Below, piece after piece: positions 22,378 to 34,535 of a DNA stretch of 35,032 bases. The DNA is from Basidiobolus meristosporus CBS 931.73 (lineage: Eukaryota > Fungi > Basidiobolomycota): contig MCFE01000798.1 in assembly GCA_002104905.1 (NCBI GenBank), forward strand, positions 1-35,032, given 5' to 3'. Position numbers and translations under genes: made by a program. The notes beneath the pieces were generated by a model. The model saw only the letters and a list, made by a program, of their open reading frames with translations. It was not told the DNA's origin and searched no databases. Within the stretch, counting starts at the first letter, position 1, and each line of letters opens with the position of its first letter.

Positions 22378-24319
22378 ATGCTGCCAAGAAATAAAGCAAA
22401 GTTGTCTGGTTCTCAATCAAACCCCACTGCTGGCAGCAACAGAAGAATGGTTGGACAACAGCTTGCTTAGAAATTCAGTGCAATAAGCAGGGCTACATCT
22501 AAAAAAGGCCCTGTGGACAGTGTGCCCATTGAAGGTAGTAATGCAGAATCCTTGGGCTCTCACTGAAGTAGGCAATTGAGAACCTCTGCAGAGCCACAAG
22601 CTGACTGTTGTGTTCAGCCATATGAGAATGTAGCTAACACAGTACCCTCAGTTGAAGATCAGCAAGTGGCCATGATAACATCACCACCACCAATATTAGC
22701 AAGTATGTTGTCAGCTCATACCAAAGCATTAATATGGCAATTGGGTGCAGTGGCTGATTGGATAGATGCAATGGCACAGAGAAATCAGGAAATATTCCAG
22801 AAACAGGATGGGTGGCTACAAGGTGTAGAGCAACCAATATCCCAGATAGAGAAATCAGGATCTTTGCTGCAAAGAAGGAACTCAAGTAGCTCAATATCAC
22901 AGCCAACATTTGAGTCACTTCCTGATGTAACAACAGAAGAGCACCTTACAGTCTTAAAGCACTACAACAGCACCCAAAGATAAAGCCCGCAGAGACACCT
23001 ATCACAGCATGGGAGGGAGAAAATGCTGTATTCATACCAACAACTAAGAATCAAAAGACATCAAAGATCTGTTAAGTCATTGAGTGCAATGATGAAGAGT
23101 GGGCTTATCATCAACAGGCTTTTGGAGGTCTATCACACCTACACCTTAAGGCCTGCATGCCATGGGCCCACTGGCAACTTAAGGCCAAGCAGAATGTGCT
23201 TGACTTGCTCCATGAGCATTATCCAGGATTCAAACCAGCAAATTAATTCTGGGCCAGCACTGGAATGCCAAGAAGGTTTCTCAAGAATAACAGAAACTTT
23301 CAAAGGCAGAAGTACAAGGGTGCACTGGCTAAGAACCAGCAGCTTCCTCAGCAGCCCATTACAAGCAGGGCCAAAAGCTCCATACAAGCATCAGAGAGAC
23401 ATCAGGTAGCTAGAAGAATGGCAACATGGGAAAAGCAGGCAGACAGAGATGCACCTGTTCAATATTTACTACAGAAAAAGCATAGTTTCACTCAAGAAGC
23501 ACTCAGTCAGAGTAGCAGTTATGGACCTGGCAGCGATAAGAACAAGCAACAATCTCAGGAGCCATTCACAGCATGGGCTGAGAGCTCAAAACAGGTGGGA
23601 AAGAAGCATCAAGTTGCCCACAGAGTGCCATCAAGGGACAAGTAGGCCAAAACAGATGCATCAGTGCAGCATTTATTAAGGAAAATACACAGTTCAATAC
23701 AAGAAGTACTTAGACAAAGTAGCAGTGAAAAACCTGGCAGTGATAATGGAAATGGTAAAGGGACAAAAGTTTATGCATGCCTGAGACAGGGAAGCATGCA
23801 AAAAAACTGCAGTTCTTGCCAATTAATGCCATAAGCCTGGAGCAGACTGAATCCAATCATAGCCAGGAAGAATCACTGACAAGAAAACAGCAGTATTCAC
23901 AAGAGTTGGAAGCACAGCCAGTTAAGCCATACTCCAATGAGATGGATGTGTTTGCAGAGATAGGCAACTTGTCTATCACAGTCTCCATATCCTACATTGT
24001 GGAAAGAGTGAAGATCCTACTGACACACAAAATAGCAATGTCAAGAGCTCCAAAGGTTATCACATTGCATTTGGTGGAAGTTTGGAACATTATTAGGCAG
24101 GCCAAGAGGCTGCAGCACTTCTTCAAGAGCAGTACCCAAGAAAACACACTTGATTGTTGCAAGGATCTATTATAAAGACTAGTAAATGAGGTACTAAAGC
24201 TTGCAGTGCCAGCTGAAGACCAAGACATATGGGCACCAGTGAATGAACAGTAGCATACAGCTGTAGGGTTCATGTCAAAGGTACAAAAACAGAGCATTAG
24301 AGCGGCAATACTTATTTAG
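22378..24319 (+). pseudogene. Unknown ORF X, copy B, degenerate, with an internal ~207-bp tandem duplication
   Basis: ATG 22378 (MLPRNKAKLSGSQSNPTAGS); AVADWIDAMAQ..LLQRRNSSSS matches copy A; stops at 24173-24175 and 24317-24319 are shared with copy A. Confidence 0.6.
23375..23780 (+). repeat. Diverged tandem duplication, two units of ~207 bp, inside ORF X copy B
   Basis: CAGAGATGCACCTGTTCAATATTTA..CAAGAAGCACTCAGTCAGAGTAGCAGT..CCTGGCAGCGATAA recurs as CAGATGCATCAGTGCAGCATTTA..CAAGAAGTACTTAGACAAAGTAGCAGT..CCTGGCAGTGATAA; single unit in copies A and C. Confidence 0.75.
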
Positions 24320-24772
24320 TGGTGGACTTTAGTGGAGATACTTGTTGAGTGTGTGGCTGGGCCTAATGTTAGTGTAGGGTAAGGGGACTTGTAAAGGGCA
24401 ATACAATTGGCAATTGTGGTAAAAATGAAGTTTCAATGGAAATAAATCAATATTTATGCATGAAAAGTAGAGAAATGGTTGAGTCAGGAAGTAACAAGTG
24501 TGAAAAGAGGCAAAAGACTATCATTGTACACAAACATAGGAGGTAATAGAGTATCTGGGATCAGAGAGTGAGATCATTGGCAGAGAATCAATCAAAAGCC
24601 ACTTTGTATTTTTGTGATGAGAAACTTTGACCTAGTTTCTTGTGAAATCTGTGGAGAAATTATTTTTTGACGGTCTTTGCATGATGTCCTGATAGGATCA
24701 ATATGTCTTAGTCACAGGGCTTAGAATTTGTGTTGGCCTTATGATGGCATCATCACAATAATTTCTCATGGG

Positions 24773-25331
24773 GATAGATTTTTGTTTCCCAGCATGTTCA
24801 CCAACAGGTTCCATACCAGGAGTATTTTGGGTACCTTCCCAGTCAGGATTAACAGATTTTCTAGAGGGCAGAGGCACTTTTATTCTGGTAAATATAAGGC
24901 ACACTGTGTGAGGTTTCAAGTACTGTCTGACACTGAGGGTAACATCATCAGATTTAGTGGGCCATTTGCTGAAATTAGGAATGACAAAGCACTCTGGGGA
25001 GAGAATCATCCAAAATTCACAAGAAAGGACAAATGTATGGTAGACTTATCTTATATAGGAGAGGATTGTTAGAGATCTGGGTATATCACAACTCATAGCA
25101 AGCCCAGGAATGGTGGGCATAGCAGGTAGCAGAGGCTTGACAATGAGATATTTAATCACTTCAGAGTGCGAGTAGAGCTTACATTTGGATATCTAAGGCA
25201 ATTCAGTAGCTCTATCCTACCACTAGCCTCATAGTAAGAATCAGAGCACCAGATAGTGCCACAGAATGCCAGTTTAATCAGCCACTTTTAATATGCTGAC
25301 ACCATGTGGCACTATCCAATGGAACAAGTCT
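24773..25331 (+). mobile_element. Second Harbinger-like copy: 3' half of transposase, internal deletion, one TIR followed by ATA
   Basis: RFHTRSILGTFPVRINR..FYSGKYKAHCV..SGPF homologous to 17620-18060; TIR at 25308-25331; ATA at 25332-25334. Confidence 0.88.
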
Positions 25332-25371
25332 ATACATCTTACAAACATATGCCTCAGCAACAGCTGAGGAT

Positions 25372-25806
25372 CAGGATCCATTCAACATCTCAGCTGAGGG
25401 AAAGTACCAGCAATAGATGTGGTACATATTGAGGACAGTCAAGCCAAGAGCTCATAGCAGGTTTTAAGAGTCTAGGGGATAATGAAAGTGATTGGGAGAA
25501 AAAGTAGATTATGTTGTTTTCACTCAATCATATTGAATGTAAAAGTAGTATTTATATATTGGCATAGTATTGGCACAACAAGCATGTTGAAAATATTTGG
25601 GAAGCTCCTAAGAGCATGTGTACATGGTTTGGGGCTGTTCAGAGAGCGTTGAGAATTTTTTGTTTTGGGTAAATTATGTTTTGGTGAGAATATTCTGGGT
25701 AATTCCTGACAAGGAGATTGGCCAGTAATCTCTAAGTTCTCTAGGTAATAATATAAGTGACCAATCTAGGTGAATATTTAGGTGAAGTACAAATTTTATA
25801 CAATAC
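25372..25806 (-). mobile_element. Old copia family A 5' end: LTR, decayed PBS and first ~20 gag codons
   Basis: Reverse complement aligns to ~12276-12715 (CACCTAAATATTCACC, CATAATCTACT..CTCCCAATCACT, GCTATGAGC, TTTCCCTCAGCTGAGATGTTGAATGG). Boundaries approximate. Confidence 0.8.
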
Positions 25807-25984
25807 CAACAACTCCTGGAAGTATTGCCCAAGATAGTGGCATGCAGCTATTCTTGTATAATGCTACCATACCAATTTACCAAATGGAAGTTCCTGATCC
25901 TATGCCCAAATGTACTACTCATATATTCTGCTGTAAAATTGCCCCTCTCCCTTTATTACCCACTACTTATGTAACTCTGATTTC

Positions 25985-27270
25985 CATTTTGTTTGACCCA
26001 TTTATATGCCACATGAAAGACAACAAAGTTGTCTGGAACCCACCCAAGCTGCACTGCTAAAAGTAGCCAAACAACAACTGTACAGTAGCTTGCTATAACA
26101 TTCAGAGCAATAAGCAGGGCTACTATCAAAATAATCTATTTTGACAGTGTCTACTGAAGGCATGTATGCAGACACGTGAGGATAAAGTCAGTAGATAAGT
26201 AAGAGTACCTGTGGAGCTGCAAACTGGGCATAATGCTCAGGCAGATGAAAGTTAGAAAGCGCAGAATCTCTGGTGAGGGACTAGCAAATGACTGGCATAC
26301 ATAACCACCACCAGTAATACAAGATTTCTGCCAGGTTTTACCAATGAGTCAGTGACCAATGGGATTAATATGGTTATAGTTGCCAGGAAATGGTACAGAG
26401 ACAGTATGATTATAAAATACATGTAGAGCAATCAGTATGCCAAGTAGGGAGCACAGTATCTTGGCTGCAAAGAGGGAACCCAAGTAGTTGAGTGTTATAG
26501 CAGTGGAGCATTGTACAGTCTCTGAAGCACAACAAATGTAGCCAAATGGAAAGCCCACAAAATAACCTTTCATAGCATCAGAGGGAGATTGTGATCTCTT
26601 TACCTAGCCAAAAAGTAAAAATATGTAATATATGTTAAGTAGCAAATGCAAAGACAAAGAGTGCACACCAGGGGCCTTCAGAAGCTCAAGGCCTAGCACA
26701 ATGTGCTTAATCTATTCCATGAACATAATCCTGGCTTTAAGCTAGCAAACAGATCTTAGGCCTACATTGGTATGCAAAGAAAGTACCTCAGGAACAGCAG
26801 AAACCAGCAAAGGCAGAAGACTAAAGGTGCTTCAGCTCATAACCCTTGACTGCCTCAAAAACCTGTCATGAGCAAGGTTTAAAGCTCAAAGCAAGTGGCA
26901 AAGAAGTGTCTGTCAGTTGGAAGAATGTAGGAAAGGGACAAGTAGGCAAAATGAATTCACCAGTGCAGTGTTTGCAAGGGAGAAAACAAGGCACAATATA
27001 CTAAGAACTCACTTAAAGTAGCAGTCAGCATTCAGCATTCAGCAGTAATACAGATAAGGTAAAAGATTTACCAGCCTCAGCTGGAGTCAAGGAAGTCTCA
27101 GAGAAGAGCTGAAGTTACAACAACCAAAACCATCAGCCAAGTGTAGGCACATTTGCCCCATAGCCAAGAAGAGCCTTTAAAAGATTACTGTTGCTTTCAC
27201 AAGATTTGGAAGCACAGCCAGTAGAGCTTCTCCTGTGACAAATAACTGTGATTGCCACAGTTCAAAGGCT
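25985..27270 (+). pseudogene. ORF X copy C, more degenerate, cut off by the gypsy 2 LTR
   Basis: TTTGTTTGACCCA..CAAAGTTGTC start region, GGCTGCAAAGAGGGAACCCAAGTAG and GGAAGCACAGCCAGT match copies A and B. Confidence 0.7.
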
Positions 27271-27275
27271 GTTAT

Positions 27276-27644
27276 TGTTATGATCTGCTGCTTGAATGTT
27301 TAAGTTAGATCAGTTTTTAGTCAAATTAATATGTTATATGTTTAGCGTATCAGTATGTCAATATTATCTATCAAATCAGTAGCATTAGTTAGTGAATGAA
27401 TCAGCAGATCCTTATCAGACAGAAATAGATATATTAAGCGGGATCTTATTGGGTGAAGATGATGCAATCAAATGAGTTATCAGCCGCAGCCTACATTAGG
27501 AAATACAACTAATCAACAATTGATCTGGCAAAATGTATATAACCCGCTGCTGGAACCTCAATAAATAGCAGTGCAAGTTTTAGTGAATACAATACTAGCT
27601 AAACTCCCTATTCCTCTACAACTCTTATTCCAAGACAGGTAACA
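27276..27644 (+). repeat. Putative 5' LTR of gypsy 2
   Basis: TGTTA..TAACA with TATATAA and AATAAA, followed by a PBS. The second LTR is not in the window; start could be 27270. Confidence 0.6.
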
Positions 27645-27645
27645 T

Positions 27646-27655
27646 TGGTAGCAGC
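27646..27655 (+). promoter_or_regulatory. PBS complementary to a tRNA 3' end, most likely initiator tRNA-Met
   Basis: TGGTAGCAGC 1 nt after TAACA; TGGTAGC fits the AGC..GCU-ACCA acceptor stem of non-plant eukaryotic initiator tRNA. Confidence 0.7.
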
Positions 27656-27702
27656 AATAACCAGTATCATCCCTCCTGAAGAAAGAATAAGTCTTCCTCA
27701 AG

Positions 27703-30229
27703 ATGTCCAAAAATCAAGAATGGAAGAATGCTGTGCAGCAAATCCTAGCCCAGCAGCAACAGCTACTCCAGATCCTTAGCCAGCAGCAACAAGCAATGAC
27801 CACCATGGCCCAAAGACTGAAAAACCCTGTCAAGAGCAACTTTAGTGTGAAGGTCAACTGGTACCATGGGAGAGTCAATGAAAATCTGGGAACTTGGCTC
27901 TTCCAGATTGAAGAAGCTTTCTAGGCTAAGGGAATAGCTTCAGAGCCCAAGTTACACTATGCAACCTCTTACCTGGCAGATGCAGCTTTACAGTGGCACC
28001 ATAACAAGATCAGCTCAGCCACCATCATGGGATGCTTGACAATCTCTACCTGGGATGAGTTTGTGTCAGAAATTAAGGATGCCTTTGAGCCCCCACACTA
28101 ACAGACAATACTAAGAAGAAAGTTGATGACACTCTGACAGAAAGGAATGGTCCAAGAGTACATCTAGGAATATAGATGTCTACTTGGGCAGATTGAAAGA
28201 ATGAAACCTCTGGATCAAGCTGAATACTCTATTGATGGGTTGAAAGAAAGAACTCATAAGGAAGTGAATTATTGAAGACCTCAGATTATTGAAGAAACCA
28301 TCAAGATTACCGTTGACTATGACTCAGCTATGTTTGGAGTAGGGAGGCCTACAGTGACTAATCAGAAAGGTTACAATCATTATGAAAGAAGACAGTCAGA
28401 AGCAGTACCAATGGAAATAGATGCTATGCAGAAGAATCCTACCTCAGAAGAATGTAAGAAGAAAGGACTTTGCTTCAATTGCCACCAGCAAGGACATATT
28501 GCAAAGTACTGCCCTCAGAGAAGAAATGGTCACCAGCCATCAAGAACCTTTAACCATTTTGAGGCCTTGGAGTATATTTACATGGAGGATGAACTTAAAG
28601 AAGACTCAGAACTCACCTTCCATATGACCAAAGAATACCTATCCCAGATGACCTCAGACTCAGGAAAGCTATTATACGTGAATGGAGTAATCAGTGAAGT
28701 ACCTGGCAGGATCATGATTGACTCAGGAGCATTGCATGAGTACATGTCAGGGCAATTTGCTTTGAAAGCTGGAATCAACTTGGAACTCACCAAATCAACT
28801 TCAGTTTCAACAGCTGATGAGAACTCTCAAATAACCAACCGTATCACTCAGCCAGTAAGGATGAGGATCAATGACTATGAAGAAGATCTACAGGCCTATA
28901 CATTTGGGAACTGCAGGTTTGACCTTGTACTTGGGAAAACCTGGCTATTTTGATGTAATCCATCAATCAACTGGAGAATCCATGCTACTCAGATCCAGGA
29001 GGACAACAAGTTCTATGAGCTATTAACTGCCAGACTGGATTTTAACTTGGTCAATTCCAGTGTGTGTGAGACAAGTGAGCTTAGCAAGACACAGTTCTGT
29101 AGAGCACTAAGAAAAGGCAACCAGATGTTCCTCATGGCAGTATTACCAAAGGATTCCTCTGCTCCAGTACCCCAGAAGGTCCAGAATCTTGTGATGGAAT
29201 AATCAGACGTATTTCCAGATGAGCTTGTAATCCTACCACCAGTCAGAGACATGGATCATACCATTAAAACAGGAGATAGCCCTCCAGTGAGTAAGACACC
29301 TTACAGAATGAGTCCATTGGAGTTGGAAGAGATAAATAGACAAATAGATCAGCCATGGGTGCAAGGATATATTAGACCCAGCAAGTCACCTTTGGGAAAC
29401 CAATACTTTTTGTAAAGAAGAAGGATGGAACACTTAGGATGTGCATTGACTACAGAGCCTTCAATTCAGTTACCATGACAATTGAGTACCCCATACCTTG
29501 GATTGATGAGCTTTTGGACCAACTCAATGGAGCCACTATTGTCAGCAAGATTGACCTCATGTCATGATACAACCAGATTAGGGTGAAGCCAGAAGATATC
29601 TCTAAGACAGCATTCAGGATCAGATATGGACATTATAAGTACTTAGTCATGAGTTTTGGCCTCACCAATGCTCCTGCAACATTCATGACCCTGATGCAGA
29701 CTGTCTTCCAGGAGTACTTAGACAAGTTTGTGATAATCTACCTAGATGATATATTGATATACAGCAAGACAGAAGAGGATCACTGGGTGCACATTGAAAA
29801 GGTCTTGAAGAAGCTAAGTGAGAACAAGCTTTTTGGCGAGCTACCCAGGTGTGAATTCTAGAAGGAACATGTTGAATATATGGGTCACATAGTGACTAGC
29901 ACAGGGGTGACCTTAGACCCTAAGAAGGTTGAAGTTATCAAGAATTTGAAGCAGCCCCATAGCATATCAGAACCCAGATCCTTCCTTGGAATGGTTTCCT
30001 ATTATTGGAGATTTGTCAAGTCATTTGCAAGTATTGCAGCCCCTTTAAGTGATATCCTCAGGAAAGACAATGCCTACAAGTGGGACATAGCTTGTGAGAC
30101 TGCCTTCCAGACGCTCAAGAATGAACTTGCTAAGCTGCCAAGCTTAAGAATACCAGACTTCAGAAAAGAGTTCACTCTGTGCACAGATGCTTCAGATTAT
30201 GCAATTGGTGGAGTGCTGAGCCAAGAACT
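27703..30229 (+). pseudogene. Gypsy 2 gag-pol (gag and protease in one frame), many stops and a frameshift near 29400
   Basis: [74 protein letters not shown]. Confidence 0.9.
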
Positions 30230-30599
30230 TGTTGCAATTTAAGAAGTGATTTGGATATAAGGAACTTATCAAGAAATAGTGATAATAGTTGAACTGTTGT
30301 TTATTCATAAAGAAGCTCAGTATTTATATCTTTGTAGAAGTAATACAGCTGCAACACTAAGTAGGGAGGGTTTCTCAATATTCAGGAGCATTGTGTAACA
30401 GTTTCAGGGTTAGTACATAATGCTTGGGTAATAGTGGTAATTTGATCCTGACTATAGGGGAATAATCATAAGATCATATATCTGGAGAAAGTGGCAAAGT
30501 TAAGGCAGTAAATGAGTCCTACAGTGACTAAGACTAGCCTAGAATTGTTAAGTAAATTTTTAGCTGCTGAATGATACCAAATAGTCCAATATTTCAACA
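30230..30599 (-). repeat. 3' LTR of copia B (370 bp)
   Basis: 4 substitutions and 1 indel versus 34551-34919 by eye. Confidence 0.96.
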
Positions 30600-33500
30600 C
30601 TCCCCCTCAACTAAATAATTTCTTAATCCCAATTTCTCTCTAAGGATCTCAAACTGTGGCCTAGCTAGTGGTTTTGTCAATATGTCTGCCACCATTTTGT
30701 CAGTTGGGCAGTAAACCAGCTCTACTAAGTTATTTTCTACAGCTTCCCTCACAAAGTGATGCTGTATATCAATGTGCTTAGTTCTGGCATGATTAGTAGG
30801 ATTTCTAGCTAATGAAATACAACTTTGATTATCCTTGTAAATACATGTTGGTTCACCTGAATTAAAACCTAAGTCTTTGAGTAATTTTTGTAGCCATATA
30901 GCCTCCTTAGTTGCTTGACATGCAGCCATATATTTGGCTTCAGTTGTAGATAGTGCCACAGTTGGTTGTTTCTTGCAATTCCAAGTAATAGCTGCACCAG
31001 CATAAAGAAATACATAGCCTGTGATAGAGCGTCTGTCAATCAGATCTCTACCCCAATCTGAATCACTATAACCATCATATTTTCGCCTATTAGCTGCTCC
31101 AGAGTATTCCAGTACCATATTTATGGTACCTTGTAGATATCTGAAAATCCGCTTAACTGCTGCAATTTGATCTGATCCATAATTCTGCATGAATTGACTG
31201 ACTATTCCAACTGCTACTGCAATATCTGGACGTGTAGACACCATCAAGTACATTAGGCTACCAACCATTGATTGATAGGGAAAGTTTTGGTCCATATTTG
31301 AGCTGTTTTCATCTATAACTGGCTGAGATTTGCTTAATTTCAGGTTATTGTCCATAGGGGTTGCTGCAGGCTTGCAATTTTCCATTTTGAAGCGTCTAAG
31401 AATGTCCCTGATGTACTAAGACTGATTCAGCACAATTTTCTGCGTAGGTATGTCAAATTTGACCTCAATTCCAAGAAAATAGCTCAATTTTCCTAAGATC
31501 TTTCATCTCAAACTTGCTGAAGAGATCTGATTTCGTCTGTTTAAGTGCCTCTCAATCACTTGTAGCTATAATTAGGTCGTCCACATAAAGAACTAGGATG
31601 ATCACACCCTTTTTGAGCTGTTTCACATATATACTGTGATCTGCAGTGCTACAAGAGAACCCAATTTCCTCTAGATATGTGTCAATCTTGTTATACCATG
31701 CTCTGGGTGCCTGCTTAAGCCCATACAACAATTTTCTAAGTTTGCACACCTTATGAGGGCTTTTTGGATCGGTAAAACCTTCTGGTTGCTCCATATATAT
31801 AGTTTCTTGCAAATCCCCATTTAGAAAGGCTGTTTTGACGTCCATTTGGTGTAGATCTAGACTGTGTACAGCTGCCAGGGCTAGAACTGTCCTAATAGAG
31901 TTAAACTTGGCAACCGGAGCAAATGTTTCCTTAAAGTCTAGTCCCTGGATCTTGGAATAGCCTTTAGCTACCAATCTAGCCTTGTACTTATCAACGGCAC
32001 CATTTGAGGTTATCTTGATCTTGTAGACCCATCTACATCCTATTGGCTTTCTCGCATTTGGTAAATCTACCAGTTCCCACGTTTTTGCCTTGATCAGTGA
32101 TTGGTACTCCTCCTGCATGGCTTGTTGCCACTTAGTAGCATCTGGACCTTGCATTGCCTGTTCCAGATTCTGAGGTTTGGCACATAAGGCAAGATAAGCT
32201 TCTTCTGTAATCATTGGATGTCTGCCACCAGGATCCAGGGGCATTTCTTATTCTGGTAGATCTCCTAACTGGGATAATCTGTTCTGATCTGGAACTGGTA
32301 GAAGTATCTTCCATCTCTGGCTGGATTTGGTACGTATCTTCTTCATTTGTGTTGATTGCATCATCAGGCAGCTGGCCAATGATTTCTGTGGCTTTCTGAT
32401 CTGAATTCTCCTCAAATTCAACGTCCCTGCTCTTGATCAGCTTCTGAATTTTCGCCATCATACACTCTATACCCTTTAGTATCTTCACAATACCCAAGAA
32501 AGATCCCTTTTCTACTCTTTGGTTCCAACTTTGAGCGTTTTTTGTCAGGGATGTGATAAAAAACATCACTGCCAAAGATCCTGAGGTGCTGGAGATCTGG
32601 TTTTTTGCCTGTATATGCTTCAAAGGGTGTAGAATCACGTAGTGCTGTTGTTGGGCATCTGTTCTTGATGTATACAGCGGTAGCAACAGATTCAGCCCAA
32701 AACTTGTAGTCCATTCCCTTATCATGTAGCATAGATCTTCCCATCTCTACTATTGTTCTATTTGCACGTTCTGCTACTCCATTTTGCTGTGGAGTATGAG
32801 GAACTGTGGTCTGTTGAAGTATACCAGTAGACAAGCAGTATTTTGCAAACTCCTTTGAGCAGTATTCTCCTCCATTGTCACTTTGTAGTACCTTCAATTT
32901 ACACCCAGTTTGTGTTTCTGCCATGTTCTTGAAGTGCTTAAACGTCTCTAAAGCTTCATCCTTTGTTTTGAGGAAGTACACCCATGTATATCTTGTCTTG
33001 TCATCAATAAACGTAATAAAGTATCTCTTGGCTCCAAAGGACAGTGTTCTCATGGGGCCACATATGTCTGAGTGTACAATAGCCAATATTTTGGTGGTAT
33101 TAATGCCTTCTGAGCTCTTGAAACGTTGCCTAGCTTGTTTGCCATATGAACATCCCTTACAAACATTCAATTTGATCGGAATTGAGTATTTTAGGCCCAA
33201 AACAAGCTGATTTTTCACCAATTGGCTCATTTTCTGTTCCCCTATGTGTCCTAGCCTCCTATGCCACGTCTCCCAGTTGGTTTCATCAGTTTCAGCAATG
33301 TTGACATACTCAGGTACAATGATCTTGCATTGTAACTTGTATATATTGTGATCTCTGATTCCCAAAGCTAATTTTTGTCCATTTTCACTCAATATTGAGC
33401 AGCTCAGCTTAGTAAAAACAAATTTCAGTCCCTGAGTAGTTGCTTTACTGACTGAGAGTAGGTTCTTAGCTATTCCAGGTACATAGAGTACGTCAGTCAG

Positions 33501-34514
33501 TTTTGCTGTTGTTGCCCTGAGTTATCACTCATATTTAGTTGTATAGACCCACTAGCGGTAGCTTCCAATGCAGAGTTATCTCCCAGATAAACCTTTCTTA
33601 CGGGAATAGTCTTTAAGTTGCTGAACCAATCCTTTATACCACAAATATGCTGTGATGCTCCAGAGTCAATATACCATTCATTACTTTCGGTTACTTGCAC
33701 TCTCTTGTACAGTGACAAATAACTGTTCATCAGTAGTTATATGGTTTGCCTGCTCTAGTTTCTGTTTTTTGTCTGCTTGTTTCTTCTTGCATTCTCTTGC
33801 CCAGTGTCCTGGCTTCTTACAGTAGTTACAGCAGCCAGGTTTTCTTTGGTTTTGTTGCTTTCCCTTCTTTTCTGTATGCCTTTCTGAACTGAATAAAGCA
33901 TTATCTTCAATTTTCTCTGCTTGATCATTACGTCTGAGTTCTTCATGGAGAAGTCTTCCTTTGACATAGTCTAAAGTCAAGTTGTCTTCTCTGCTTTCAA
34001 AAGAAAGTATGAGTGGCTCATACTTGTCTGGTAGGCTGCAAAGCAGACAGAGTATCTTTTCTTCATCATCTACACCAGCATTAATACTGTAAAGTTCTTC
34101 TGCAAGTGTCTCCATTCTGGTAATGAGTTGTAGCATGTCATCATCTGGCTTTTTTCTCATGTTGAAGAACTTTTGTTTCAAATAAAGCTTGCTTGATACT
34201 GACTTTGCTCTAAAGATCTTCTCTAAGGATTCCCATGCTGCTTTGGCAGTATTTGAGGCATGGATTTGTCCAATGAAGGAGTCTTGCACATTGATGCATA
34301 TTGCATTGAAGGCCTTTCTCTCCTTCTCTTGAAACTTCTCCACATCTTCTGCTGTTCCTTTGGGCTCAACTTCCTTTCCTGTTACTATGTTCCAAAGCTT
34401 TCTTTCCTCAAGGTGGATCTGCATCTTGATTCTCCAAAGTCTGTAGTTCTTCCCATCAAACCTCTCCTTTACAGGGAAGATGTTGGTATTGCTTTGTTTG
34501 CTGGTAGAAGTCAT
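30594..34514 (-). pseudogene. Copia B gag-pol, broken by five frameshifts and two in-frame stops
   Basis: [71 protein letters not shown]. Frame changes near 33700, 33510, 32450, 32215 and 31495; stops at 31552 and 31416. Confidence 0.93.
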
Positions 34515-34535
34515 CTTTAGAATAGATTAAGGCAA

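Larger units (their letters stand above)
10895..24772. mobile_element. CMC/CACTA-like DNA transposon copy 2, inverted relative to copy 1 and interrupted by copia (12276-16964) and Harbinger (17287-22307)
   Basis: Inverted collinearity with 1441-10890 resumes across both insertions and ends ..TTTCTCATGGG at 24772, where Harbinger transposase sequence begins. Confidence 0.7.

Noticed and set aside
1441-24772. A single 23-kb foldback element with giant TIRs
   Set aside because: No shared TSD; the left flank is copia and the right is Harbinger; the arms are well diverged and each looks like a truncated two-gene element.
25351-25369. Hairpin CCTCAGC-AACA-GCTGAGG between the Harbinger TIR and the old copia
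   Set aside because: Single 7-bp stem in an unassigned ~40-bp stretch with no second copy.
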